A stretch of DNA of 64,000 nt from Patescibacteria group bacterium (lineage in GTDB: Bacteria > Patescibacteriota > Minisyncoccia > Moranbacterales > UBA2206). The position numbers were made by a program, and so were the translations under genes. The stretch is taken from NCBI GenBank assembly GCA_030837625.1, contig JAUPKF010000001.1:23496-87495 (forward strand), written 5' to 3'. The notes beneath the pieces are model-generated. The model saw only the letters and a list, made by a program, of their open reading frames with translations, was not told where the DNA came from and ran no database searches. Positions within the stretch are counted from its first letter, which is position 1. The number at the start of each line of letters is the position of its first letter. This document shows, piece after piece, positions 1 through 8,586 of the stretch.

Positions 1-1
1 G

Positions 2-1501
2 GTGTTTTGGCCTGCATTTGTTGGAGCTCAAAATTATTCACACATCAAAACCGGTGGTTTTGATTATGACTACAATTTGGCTCTTAATAGTTCGACGGAA
101 GCGGAGTGGCTGGCCACTCATCACGACATGGTAATAGGTCTGCAAGATTACGCTACATCTAAGTTGGCTGAAAGCGTGTATAATAACATGAAAACTGCTA
201 ATCCTGATGTAAAATTTCTTACCTACATTCCCTTCAATACAGTTCTTCCTGCCATGTCTACCTGGATGGAAAATTGGTGTGATGTCAATGGTCGCATTAA
301 AGAAGACTTATATTATCATTACTATTTTGACACCGATGTTAGGCTAAGAAATAATCAGATTGTGAATTATAAAGGTTACGGCGGAGGAACGGCTTCGACT
401 CTTGCCCAATCAAGAGTGCCATCTGTTTGGCACAGCGGCCTCTATCCCAATATTAATCCTACGTCACAGACTTTTAGAGACGCTTATCAGGCTATGGCTT
501 TGGAATTTATGACAGTAGATGTTAATGAAGGTAAGTTTACCGACGGAATATTTTTAGATACTTTTGACGGAACTGTTGATGATTATTTTAATCTTCACCT
601 GGAAAATACCATTGAGATGAGAACGCTGGAACTAATTGACTCAACTACAGCCAGAAATCGCGCACAAAATGACCTGATTGATGCTCGAGATGAATTGGAA
701 TATTATCTCTCAATTCAAACGTCACGTGAATCCCGGGTAATACCCAATGCGGCTGAAGCGGATTATGTATTTGGTAGCCGCGCCAGTTTATACGCTAATC
801 GTTACACATCTAGCTATAATGAAATGGGAATAGAATATTTAGTTTCATCGGTATACACAAGCACACTAAGAATTCCTCGCTTAAAACAACTTTACGATAG
901 CATGGTGAACGGCATTTTGTATTTTAATAACAGCCAGACCAATTACAATACGCGATTCGGCTTCACTGGCTCGGACGATGATTTGACCGAAGAGGAATGG
1001 CTTGGGTTTAACCAATATATTTTGGCGATTCATTATTTGGTAAATCATCCAAACGGTTATTTCAGTTTTCATCGGGGGTCGGCTGGGTACTATGGAGGTG
1101 AGGCAGGTTCAATGAGAACCACTCATTGGCGCAATAATATCGAATATGATATCGGCAACCCTGTTGTTCGTCAAGGCGTTGATTCCTGGGGGCAATCCAA
1201 TACCAATCGTTTTTTTGTCTTTGCTGATGGAGAATTGCAATATCAAGTGCTGGGTAGAGAATACCAGAATGCTTTAGCGCTGGCTAAATTCGGTAATGTT
1301 GGCGGTTGGGCGAACATTGGAGCTAATCCACTAATTCATCAACTAGGCGGAAATTATCAAAGACTGCAAATAGACAATACATTGGGGCCGGTGATCAGCG
1401 AAATCACTCTTGGCTTTGGCGAGGGCGCGATTCTTATAAAAGCAGATAACCAATCCAATGCTACTGCGCCCTTAAGTCCGGTTAATTTGAGTGTGCGATA
1501 A
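2..1501 (+). CDS. Hypothetical protein, C-terminal 499 aa. The 5' end is cut by the window edge. It may be a secreted carbohydrate-active TIM-barrel-like protein, but the family was not recognised.
   Basis: Long uninterrupted ORF running from the window edge. Aromatic- and Asn-rich, a composition typical of glycoside-hydrolase-like proteins. No motif was assigned with confidence. Confidence 0.45.
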   Translation: MFWPAFVGAQNYSHIKTGGFDYDYNLALNSSTEAEWLATHHDMVIGLQDYATSKLAESVYNNMKTANPDVKFLTYIPFNTVLPAMSTWMENWCDVNGRIKEDLYYHYYFDTDVRLRNNQIVNYKGYGGGTASTLAQSRVPSVWHSGLYPNINPTSQTFRDAYQAMALEFMTVDVNEGKFTDGIFLDTFDGTVDDYFNLHLENTIEMRTLELIDSTTARNRAQNDLIDARDELEYYLSIQTSRESRVIPNAAEADYVFGSRASLYANRYTSSYNEMGIEYLVSSVYTSTLRIPRLKQLYDSMVNGILYFNNSQTNYNTRFGFTGSDDDLTEEEWLGFNQYILAIHYLVNHPNGYFSFHRGSAGYYGGEAGSMRTTHWRNNIEYDIGNPVVRQGVDSWGQSNTNRFFVFADGELQYQVLGREYQNALALAKFGNVGGWANIGANPLIHQLGGNYQRLQIDNTLGPVISEITLGFGEGAILIKADNQSNATAPLSPVNLSVR

Positions 1502-1984
1502 TCTCAAGCAAGGATGGAAATTGGGAATAGCGTGACTTATACGGGTTGCACAAATCTCTTTGTAATTAGCCAACTCCACGGTCAACAATAGATGTTTCAG
1601 GAATTGTGCGGTCTGGTTCATTTGACTTTGGCCTAGTCTGACTATATGTTACGGATCGAAACGGTGAGGTTAATGTTAATGGCTATCCGGTGACGATTGT
1701 TGAATCCGGCGGCGACACGACGGCGCCCCAATAACCAACTTCACTTCAGTTCGGTGATCGGAGCGTAAAATTTTCCTAAAGTTTGTTTTGACGTAATCGG
1801 CAATTGGTTGCCAGAGTTGGTGATGGGGGATTATCCGTGCGCTGATTTTCTTTTTGATGGTTTGGTTTTCGAAATAAATAAACAGACTATCGGGGTTTGC
1901 GGAGAGTAGACAATCTGTGTATAACTTTCATCAGAATGGCTTTAATAAGCCATTTTTCGTTGTCCAAAAGAGTGAGAAATTGTG

Positions 1985-2013
1985 TTGACGTTTGTAGCGT
2001 GGTGGGGTAAAAT
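1985..2013 (+). promoter_or_regulatory. Sigma70-like promoter upstream of mraZ: -35 TTGACG (1985-1990), 17-nt spacer, -10 TAAAAT (2008-2013).
   Basis: Read directly from 'ttgacgtttgtagcgtggtggggtaaaat'. Near-consensus hexamers with 17-bp spacing. About 165 nt of GC-richer leader lie between it and the mraZ start. Confidence 0.5.
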
Positions 2014-2179
2014 AGAGGAAAGCTGGAGAAGGGTGGTATGAAGTGGGGAAGTGCTTACCCCAGCACCAATTCCGAAGGGAGTTATACGCAGCGCATAATT
2101 TTGTTTCGCGGAATCGCCTGCGGCTTAGGTTTTTGTAAATAGGAAATTTATTTTGTGAATTAGTGCGGGGCGCTCAATT

Positions 2180-2650
2180 TTGTTCCTGCTCACTACGTTC
2201 GCAGACAAAATTGGCGTGTTCATTGGCGAATATCAACATTCAATCGATCCGAAAAAAAGATTGGCGGTGCCGAGCAAATTTAGAAGTGAGTTGAAAAACA
2301 AAGTAGTGGTGACGCGGGGACTCGACAAATGTTTGTTTATTTATCCGATGAAAACTTGGGAAGAGATCGCCGCGAAACTGGGGAATATGCCGGTTGGAGA
2401 GTCGGCGACGCGGAGTTTTGTGCGCCTTATGCTGGCGGGAGCGACCGATTGTGAAATTGACAAACAAGGCCGGGTGCTTATCCCGGATTATCTGAAAGAC
2501 TATGCCGATCTTAATAAAAACGTCATTATCGCCGGACTATACAACCGCTTAGAAGTTTGGGCCGAAACCAAATGGAATGAGTACAAGAAAAACGCCGAGA
2601 AGAATACGGACGAAATCGCGGAACAACTGGGAAAACTTGGTGTGTACTAA
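2180..2650 (+). CDS. mraZ: Transcriptional regulator MraZ. The ORF uses a TTG start at 2180; an alternative GTG start at 2216 gives the canonical 'VFIGEYQH' N-terminus.
   Basis: Matches the duplicated MraZ motif ('IDPKKRLAVPSKFR', 'IDKQGRVLIPDYL'). Sits first in a dcw-type cluster, immediately upstream of rsmH. Confidence 0.9.
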   Translation: MFLLTTFADKIGVFIGEYQHSIDPKKRLAVPSKFRSELKNKVVVTRGLDKCLFIYPMKTWEEIAAKLGNMPVGESATRSFVRLMLAGATDCEIDKQGRVLIPDYLKDYADLNKNVIIAGLYNRLEVWAETKWNEYKKNAEKNTDEIAEQLGKLGVY

Positions 2651-2785
2651 TCGCAAAATTACAAATCTCAAATTACAAATAACAAATAAATCACAATATC
2701 AAAATTCTAAATCCAAAACGGTTTCGAATTTTGGAAATTTGAAATTTGAATTTGTTTGGAATTTGGTGCTTGTAATTTGGAATTT
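2651..2785. repeat. AT-rich imperfect palindromic intergenic element, family C copy 1, between mraZ and rsmH.
   Basis: Left half 'caaattacaaat...caaaattctaaatccaaaac' and right half 'aattttggaaatttgaaatttg...cttgtaatttggaattt' are approximate reverse complements around a 'ggtttcg' centre. It shares 'ttgtaatttgga' and 'ccaaat' motifs with the element at 28565-28662. Confidence 0.55.
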
Positions 2786-3760
2786 ATGAGTATTCACAAG
2801 CCTGTACTGCTCAAAGAAACTATCGAACTTTTAAATCTCAAGGAAGGTATGACAGTGATGGATGCTACTTTGGGAGGAGGAGGGCACAGCCGCGAGATAT
2901 TAAAAAAGATTGGCGATGTGGGAAAGCTGATTGCGATAGATTTGGATGAAAAGGCAGTAGAAAATTTTAGAAGAAAGAATAAAGAAGAAAGAAGAAAGCA
3001 AAGCAAAAATATAATTCTCGTCAACGGCAATTTTGCGGATTTGGAAAAAATATTAACTGATTTAAAAATTAGAAAAGTTGATGCGATACTCGCGGATTTA
3101 GGCTGGAGTTCGGATCAGATGGGAGACGCTCACAGGGGAATGAGCTTTCTCGTTGAAGCAGAGCTGGATATGCGGTTGTCCTTACGAATTACGAATCAGT
3201 ACGAATGTACGAATAGTAATCCGAATGCCAAATGCATAGTTAATAATTATTCAGAAAGAGAATTGGGGAGGATCATAAAAGAATACGGGGAAGAAAGGTT
3301 TTGGAAAAATATAGCGCGGAAAATAGTCGAATACAGGCGCAGCAAGGAAATTGAAACGACGAAAGAGCTGGCGAAAATTATCGAGAGTGCGGTGCCGGGA
3401 AAATACAGTCATGGGAAAATACATCCAGCCACCAGAACATTTCAGGCCATTCGGATCGAAGTGAATCAAGAGCTGAAGAATTTAGAAAGATTCATACCGC
3501 AAGCGATTTCCGTGCTGGCGCCGGGAGGGAGACTGGCGATAATCTCCTTCCATTCGCTGGAAGACAGGATTGTCAAAACTATATATCGCGCGAACGCTAG
3601 GGGACGCGTTCGCACTGATGAGATAACCGGTCAGGCGATTGTGGAAACCGCGCCGGAGATAAAAATTATTACAAAAAAGCCGGTTACGTCCGGCGAAGAC
3701 GAGTTGGAGGAAAATCCGCGCGCCCGAAGCGCCAAGCTGCGGGTATGCGAGAGGCGCTAA
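2786..3760 (+). CDS. rsmH: 16S rRNA (cytosine1402-N4)-methyltransferase RsmH (MraW).
   Basis: Begins 'MSIHKPVLLKETIELL...DATLGGGGHS', the SAM-binding signature of RsmH. Contains 'DLGWSSDQ', 'KEYGEERF' and a C-terminal 'NPRARSAKLR'. The ATG at 2786 is preferred over the upstream frame start at 2756. Confidence 0.9.
   Translation: MSIHKPVLLKETIELLNLKEGMTVMDATLGGGGHSREILKKIGDVGKLIAIDLDEKAVENFRRKNKEERRKQSKNIILVNGNFADLEKILTDLKIRKVDAILADLGWSSDQMGDAHRGMSFLVEAELDMRLSLRITNQYECTNSNPNAKCIVNNYSERELGRIIKEYGEERFWKNIARKIVEYRRSKEIETTKELAKIIESAVPGKYSHGKIHPATRTFQAIRIEVNQELKNLERFIPQAISVLAPGGRLAIISFHSLEDRIVKTIYRANARGRVRTDEITGQAIVETAPEIKIITKKPVTSGEDELEENPRARSAKLRVCERR
3183..3228 (+). repeat. Degenerate tandem 'tacgaat' repeat embedded in-frame inside rsmH, encoding 'ITNQYECTNSNP'.
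   Basis: 'ttacgaattacgaatcagtacgaatgtacgaatagtaatccgaatg'. The same 'tacgaat'/'attcgta' motif builds the intergenic palindromes at 32427-32528 and 54405-54505. Confidence 0.55.
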
Positions 3761-3822
3761 AAAAAATAAGGGGAAAAATAAAAACACAAAAACATTTATA
3801 TTTTCAGGGGGACTGAAAATCG

Positions 3823-4263
3823 ATGTCCAGAGTCGTAGCTCTAAATAATTTCGGAGCGAAGAATTTCGTCAAATACACTAGAAAGACTGCCGACGGACGT
3901 GCGCCACGCGGCAAGGTTTTCTCTATGGATGAGAAAAAAGAAAAATACCTTCGCGCCGGGCGCAACTTTTCAGGCAGTTCACAAGTCAGTTTTACCGGTT
4001 ACGCGTTTTTTCTTCTCCTAAGTGTGGTTGCCAGCGGAATTTTTTATCTTTATCAAGTGAATGATTTGGCTACCAAGGGATATGAGATCAAGGAATCTGA
4101 AATTAGGATCCAAAATCTCGAAAGGGAGAATAAAAAAATGCAGATAAGGGAGGTGGAGTTGAGGTCAATGTACAATATCGAGAACGCCGCCATGGATCTG
4201 GATCTGGTCAGTTCTTCAAAAACCGATTACTTGGAAGCGGATGGTCCGGTAGCCATGAAATGA
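3823..4263 (+). CDS. ftsL: FtsL-like cell-division protein, with a single transmembrane segment and a coiled coil. The start is uncertain; an internal Met is at 3925.
   Basis: Lies between rsmH and ftsI in the dcw cluster. Contains the transmembrane segment 'FFLLLSVVASGIFYLY' followed by a heptad-like 'IRIQNLERENKKMQIREVELRSM' stretch. Confidence 0.55.
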   Translation: MSRVVALNNFGAKNFVKYTRKTADGRAPRGKVFSMDEKKEKYLRAGRNFSGSSQVSFTGYAFFLLLSVVASGIFYLYQVNDLATKGYEIKESEIRIQNLERENKKMQIREVELRSMYNIENAAMDLDLVSSSKTDYLEADGPVAMK

Positions 4264-4284
4264 AAGAATTTATAATTGCTTTGC

Positions 4285-4325
4285 CTAAGGTTCAACCTTT
4301 GGCCAGGCCAAAGGTTGAACCTTAG
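4285..4325. repeat. 41-bp near-perfect palindrome, 12 nt upstream of the ftsI start.
   Basis: 'ctaaggttcaacctttggcc a ggccaaaggttgaaccttag'. The two 20-nt arms are exact reverse complements. No T-run follows it. Confidence 0.6.
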
Positions 4326-4336
4326 CTCCCGCCTTT

Positions 4337-6226
4337 ATGCGTTCAGATACTAATACGAGAAAATTTAAAATCGGGAGTCGATGCGAACTGAATAGCCGCA
4401 AACCGTCCGGTCGCGAGTCGGTTTTTTCCAGGGTCCATTTTTTGGCTGGAATGGTGCTGCTGCTTTTTTTGACGGTACTTCTCAAGCTGTTTGATCTCCA
4501 AATCGCCTCTTACGGCACTTTTAAGGCTTTGGCGGACAACCAGCATTATATTTTCAAAGACTTAACTCCCCGAAGGGGAGAAATTTATCTTAAAGACAAA
4601 AATGGGACATACCCGGCGGCTGTCAATAAGGAAGTCAAGATGGCCTATGCTGTTCCCAAAGAAATCGAAGACGCGCCAAAAACGGCGCTGGCTGTTTCGG
4701 ACATATTGGGCATTGATGCTGGAGAACTGGGAAATAAATTCGGAAAATCCGAGGATATGTACGAGGTGGTCAAACGGAGGTTGAGTGAAGATGAGGCGGG
4801 TAAAATTTCCGAGATGAAATTGAAAGGAATCCATTTGTCGGATGAAGCCTTGCGATATTATCCGGCCGGAGAGCTGGCCTCGCATGTTTTGGGTTTTGTC
4901 GGTTGGAAGAACGATGAATTCGGTGGCAGATCCGGAATAGAATCGCATTTTGAAGAAAAGCTTAGGGGAAAGGAAGGAAATATTTTCCAAAATAAAGACA
5001 ACTCGGGAAAATGGATCGCCCTGGGCAAGCGGGAGATAGCTCATGCTGAAAACGGAAGCGACTTGGTTTTGACAATTGACCATATTATTCAATATGAAAC
5101 GGAGAAAATTCTCAAAAGCGCCGTGGAGAAGTTCAGGGCTGACAAAGGAGCGATCATAGTAATGGAGCCGGAAACGGGGCGGATCCTTTCCTTGTCCAGC
5201 TATCCAAATTTCAACCCTAACGAATACGGCAGCGTAACGGAAATGGAAGCTTTCAGAAATCTAGCGATCAGTGACGCTTATGAGCCGGGCAGCGTGTTCA
5301 AGGCTGTAACTTTGGCGGCGGCGGTGGATGACGGAAAAATAAATCCCGACACTGTCTATACGGATACCGGACAAGTGACGGAAGCGGGGTATACTATAAA
5401 AAACTCCGATTTTAAAGCCTATGGCCAACAGACAATGACACAGGTTTTGGAGAAATCGCTCAATACCGGAGTTATTTACGCGGAAAAACTTTTAGGAAAC
5501 AAAAACTTTGCCGATTATGTCAAACGCTTCGGCTTCGGAGAAGCGACCGGTATCGACCTTATGGGGGAGTCGGCGGGAAACATCAATAATCTCAAAAGCT
5601 TGAAAAGCGACATTCAATTTTTTACCGCCTCATTTGGACAGGGCATAACAACGACTCCGCTCCAGCTAATTTCAGCCTACAACGCCATTGCTAACGGTGG
5701 AACATTAATGAAGCCGCAAATTGTGGAAAAAATAATCAGGAGTGACGGGACGGAGGAAGATGTTTCTCCGGTAGAAATAAGAAAAGTCATTTCCCAAAGC
5801 TCGGCCAATCTGACTTCTCAAATGCTTAGGAGTGTAGTGGTCGAAGGGCATGGCAAAAGGGCGGATGTCCCGGGCTATCTTGTCGGCGGAAAAACCGGAA
5901 CCGCCCAGATCGCCAGCCAGGATTCCCGCGGGTACGAAGAGGGTAAGAGTATTGGAACCTTTTGCGGGTTCGCGCCGATTGGCAATCCCAAATTCACGGT
6001 GCTGGTAAGATTAGATAATCCTAAGGACGTGGAATGGGCGGAATCCAGCGCCGCGCCGGCTTTCGGCGAGCTGATGAAATTTCTTCTGGAATATCGGAAT
6101 ATCGAGCCGACGGAAGAATATACGCAAAAAGATTTGGAGATATTTGATGCGACGCATAACCTAAAAGATAGTTTTGTTAAGAAAGAAGAAGATAAGGAAG
6201 AGGAAGAAAAAGATGACAAACAATAA
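4337..6226 (+). CDS. ftsI: Peptidoglycan D,D-transpeptidase: penicillin-binding protein FtsI/PBP2 class, with an acidic C-terminal tail.
   Basis: N-terminal transmembrane segment. Carries the SxxK motif ('GSVFKAV'), the SxN motif ('KNSDF') and the KTG motif ('GKTGTAQ'). The tail is 'KKEEDKEEEEKDDKQ'. Confidence 0.9.
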   Translation: MRSDTNTRKFKIGSRCELNSRKPSGRESVFSRVHFLAGMVLLLFLTVLLKLFDLQIASYGTFKALADNQHYIFKDLTPRRGEIYLKDKNGTYPAAVNKEVKMAYAVPKEIEDAPKTALAVSDILGIDAGELGNKFGKSEDMYEVVKRRLSEDEAGKISEMKLKGIHLSDEALRYYPAGELASHVLGFVGWKNDEFGGRSGIESHFEEKLRGKEGNIFQNKDNSGKWIALGKREIAHAENGSDLVLTIDHIIQYETEKILKSAVEKFRADKGAIIVMEPETGRILSLSSYPNFNPNEYGSVTEMEAFRNLAISDAYEPGSVFKAVTLAAAVDDGKINPDTVYTDTGQVTEAGYTIKNSDFKAYGQQTMTQVLEKSLNTGVIYAEKLLGNKNFADYVKRFGFGEATGIDLMGESAGNINNLKSLKSDIQFFTASFGQGITTTPLQLISAYNAIANGGTLMKPQIVEKIIRSDGTEEDVSPVEIRKVISQSSANLTSQMLRSVVVEGHGKRADVPGYLVGGKTGTAQIASQDSRGYEEGKSIGTFCGFAPIGNPKFTVLVRLDNPKDVEWAESSAAPAFGELMKFLLEYRNIEPTEEYTQKDLEIFDATHNLKDSFVKKEEDKEEEEKDDKQ

Positions 6227-7550
6227 GACGATAAAACTTATTTTGCTAGAGAAGGCGTTGAAGGTGATGGCTGTTTTGGTTTTGAAAAAATATAAGCCGC
6301 GCATAATCGGCATAACCGGATCAATCGGAAAAACTTCCGCCAAGGAAGCTATTTTCACGGTGTTGGCCGGCCATTTTCGGGTTCGCAAAAATGAGAAAAA
6401 TTACAACAACGAAGTCGGTCTGCCCTTGACCATCATCGGGGCGGAGTCCGGAGGGAGATCTTTTGCGGGCTGGTTTTTTGTTTTTCTGCGTTGGCTTCGG
6501 GTGCTGGCTTTGCCTTTCAAATATCCGGAAGTTTTGATTTTGGAAATGGGAGCCGATCGGCCGGGAGACATAAGATATCTGACTAGTTTCATCAAGTCGG
6601 AGATGGCCGTTATCACCGACATCTCATCCAGCCACCTGGAATTTTTCAAAAATATCGAAGGAGTGGCGGCGGAGAAATGGGTGTTGGCGGAAAGCTTGGA
6701 TGGAAAAGGATTGGCGGCGGTTAATATCGATAATTCCCAGATACTCAAGAAAGTGAAGTCTTTACCCAAAGAGAAGGCCAATTTTTTGACTTTCGGCTTT
6801 TCAGAAGAAGCGGAAATCCGCGCCACGGATGTGCTATATAATTATTCTTCGGAAAATGAGACTGAAAGCGCGGGCGAACTCAAGGGTTTGAGCTTCAAGT
6901 TGAACTACAAAGGAACCAGTATTCCAGTACGCCTGAATAATGTTTTGGCTCGGCATAATATTTACGCGGCCTTGGCGGCTATATCGGTCGGAATTGGGTT
7001 TGGACTTAATCTGGTGGAAATCGGAGCGGCTCTGGCTAATTTCTCTATGCCTTGCGGGAGAATGAATCTGATTCCCGGCATAAAAGGTTCTCAGATTATC
7101 GATGACACATATAATTCTTCTCCGGTTTCCGCTTCGGCCGCGCTGGAAGTGCTGGGCAATATTAAAACCGGCAGGAAAATTGCCGTCCTGGGCGATATGT
7201 TGGAGTTGGGAAAAAACACTGAAACAGGACATAGAAGCGTGGCAAAAAAGTTTTTGGAAATCAGGGGAGATATTTTTTTCGCGGTGGGCAAAAGGATGCG
7301 TTTTGCTCTTTCCGAATTGGAGAAAAATAATTTTTCTTCCGACGGTGTATTTGCCTTCTCTGATCCGGAAAAAGCGGGAAGGAAGCTTCAGAGAATCATA
7401 AAAGAGGGCGACGTGGTTCTGGTCAAGGGTTCTCAGGGAATGAGGATGGAAAAAATCGTGGAAGAGATTATGGCAGAGCCTGAAAAATCCGGCAACTACC
7501 TTTGTCGGCAAAGTCCCGCTTGGAAAGAAAAGCCGTGGAAAGAAGTATAA
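6213..7550 (+). CDS. murF: UDP-N-acetylmuramoyl-tripeptide--D-alanyl-D-alanine ligase MurF.
   Basis: Mur ligase P-loop 'GITGSIGKTS' and 'LILEMGADRPGDIRYLT'. The ATG at 6213 has a purine-rich SD and overlaps the ftsI 3' end. The frame start at 6174 is a poly-Lys/Arg readthrough of the ftsI tail. Confidence 0.85.
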   Translation: MTNNKTIKLILLEKALKVMAVLVLKKYKPRIIGITGSIGKTSAKEAIFTVLAGHFRVRKNEKNYNNEVGLPLTIIGAESGGRSFAGWFFVFLRWLRVLALPFKYPEVLILEMGADRPGDIRYLTSFIKSEMAVITDISSSHLEFFKNIEGVAAEKWVLAESLDGKGLAAVNIDNSQILKKVKSLPKEKANFLTFGFSEEAEIRATDVLYNYSSENETESAGELKGLSFKLNYKGTSIPVRLNNVLARHNIYAALAAISVGIGFGLNLVEIGAALANFSMPCGRMNLIPGIKGSQIIDDTYNSSPVSASAALEVLGNIKTGRKIAVLGDMLELGKNTETGHRSVAKKFLEIRGDIFFAVGKRMRFALSELEKNNFSSDGVFAFSDPEKAGRKLQRIIKEGDVVLVKGSQGMRMEKIVEEIMAEPEKSGNYLCRQSPAWKEKPWKEV

Positions 7551-7602
7551 GCATATAAATATAAAGAAATTCTGAATGATAAAAAAATCACTCGCTTTGT
7601 TG

Positions 7603-7631
7603 TTGACAGCCTTTCCAATTATCGCTACAAT
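7603..7631 (+). promoter_or_regulatory. Consensus sigma70 promoter for greA: TTGACA (7603-7608), 17-nt spacer, TACAAT (7626-7631).
   Basis: Read directly from 'ttgacagcctttccaattatcgctacaat'. Confidence 0.55.
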
Positions 7632-7668
7632 TCTCTTTGTTATTTCGTAAGAGTTAAAACAAAAGGTT

Positions 7669-8154
7669 ATGGCTAAATTTGTTACCGAGGAAGGGCTTAG
7701 AAAAATTAAGGAAGAACTGGAAAACAGGAAGACTGCTATCAGGCAATCTATTGCCAACGCGATTAAGGAGGCCAAAGAGCAGGGTGATTTGAGCGAGAAC
7801 GCCGAATACAGCGAGGCCAAGAGGCAGCAGGCGGAAAACGAAGCCCGGGTGACCGAGCTGGAATTTTTGCTTAAGGAATCAACCGTGGTAAAGCGCGACG
7901 AAAGCTCGCAGGTGGTTCAGATGGGTTCTCGCGTAAAAGTGAAATTCTCCGCCAAAGGCGGATCCGCCTCTGGAGGAAACGGCTCGGAAATGGAATTTCA
8001 AATAGTCGGTTCCAATGAAGCCGATCCGGCGGAAATGAAAATTTCCAACGAGTCGCCGATGGGCAAGGCTTTTATGGGCCGTCAGAAAGACGACAAAGTT
8101 GAAGTGGCTACTCCAGGCGGCAAAGTGAAATATGCTATTTTGGATGTGAAGTGA
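7669..8154 (+). CDS. greA: Transcription elongation factor GreA.
   Basis: Begins 'MAKFVTEEGLRKIKEELE' and contains the GreA coiled-coil signature 'EQGDLSENAEYSEAKRQQAENEARV'. Has a C-terminal FKBP-like domain. Confidence 0.9.
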   Translation: MAKFVTEEGLRKIKEELENRKTAIRQSIANAIKEAKEQGDLSENAEYSEAKRQQAENEARVTELEFLLKESTVVKRDESSQVVQMGSRVKVKFSAKGGSASGGNGSEMEFQIVGSNEADPAEMKISNESPMGKAFMGRQKDDKVEVATPGGKVKYAILDVK

Positions 8155-8177
8155 GAGTGAAGTTTATAAAGTTCATA

Positions 8178-8214
8178 AAGTCCGTGGAGTGAAAGCTCGG
8201 CGGACTTTTTTTGG
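8178..8214 (+). terminator. Rho-independent terminator after greA.
   Basis: Stem 'aagtccg' / 'cggactt' followed by a T7 run: 'aagtccgtggagtgaaagctcggcggacttttttt'. Confidence 0.55.
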
Positions 8215-8255
8215 AATGGATTGCAAAAATGGGACGAATGACGTAAAATATAGAT

Positions 8256-8582
8256 ATGGGAGAGGCAAATATATACAACAAGTACAAGGCGCCGGAGAAA
8301 GGGCATAAGGTTTTTCCGGAAAGGAAAAGCGAAGCGGTCAAAGAGAGGAAAGAAAGAAAAATGCTCAACATTCCTCTTGAATATGGAGAAAGCGATTCTA
8401 CCGGAGAGAAGGAAGTCACAAAAGAGGTGACTTATATCGATGGCCAGTGTTTTATCAACGGCAAAGAATCGCGTTTTTCTGATGGCGGAAGGGAAATAAT
8501 AAAACACGGGAAAGAGCATCTTTTGAACGATGAGCAGAGGGAGATTTTTGAAATAGGCAAATTGTTAAAAGAAAAAAAATAA
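8256..8582 (+). CDS. Hypothetical small charged protein.
   Basis: ORF only. Lys/Glu-rich, with no recognisable motif. Confidence 0.3.
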   Translation: MGEANIYNKYKAPEKGHKVFPERKSEAVKERKERKMLNIPLEYGESDSTGEKEVTKEVTYIDGQCFINGKESRFSDGGREIIKHGKEHLLNDEQREIFEIGKLLKEKK

Positions 8583-8586
8583 ATTT

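Noticed and set aside
2651-2785. CRISPR array as an interpretation of the short AT-rich repeats here, at 28565-28662 and at 30665-30786.
   Set aside because: The units are degenerate. They are arranged as left-right reverse complements rather than direct repeats separated by unique spacers. No cas genes are present.
6834-7820. Long minus-strand ORFs lying wholly inside strong + strand genes. Examples: 6834-7820 in murF; 4562-5092 in ftsI; 36405-37082 in gpmI; 48598-49698 in a permease; 39773-40408 in acd; 62191-62967 in a permease.
   Set aside because: They are antisense to genes with clear conserved motifs. They have low-complexity or odd composition and no ribosome-binding sites. They are typical shadow ORFs.
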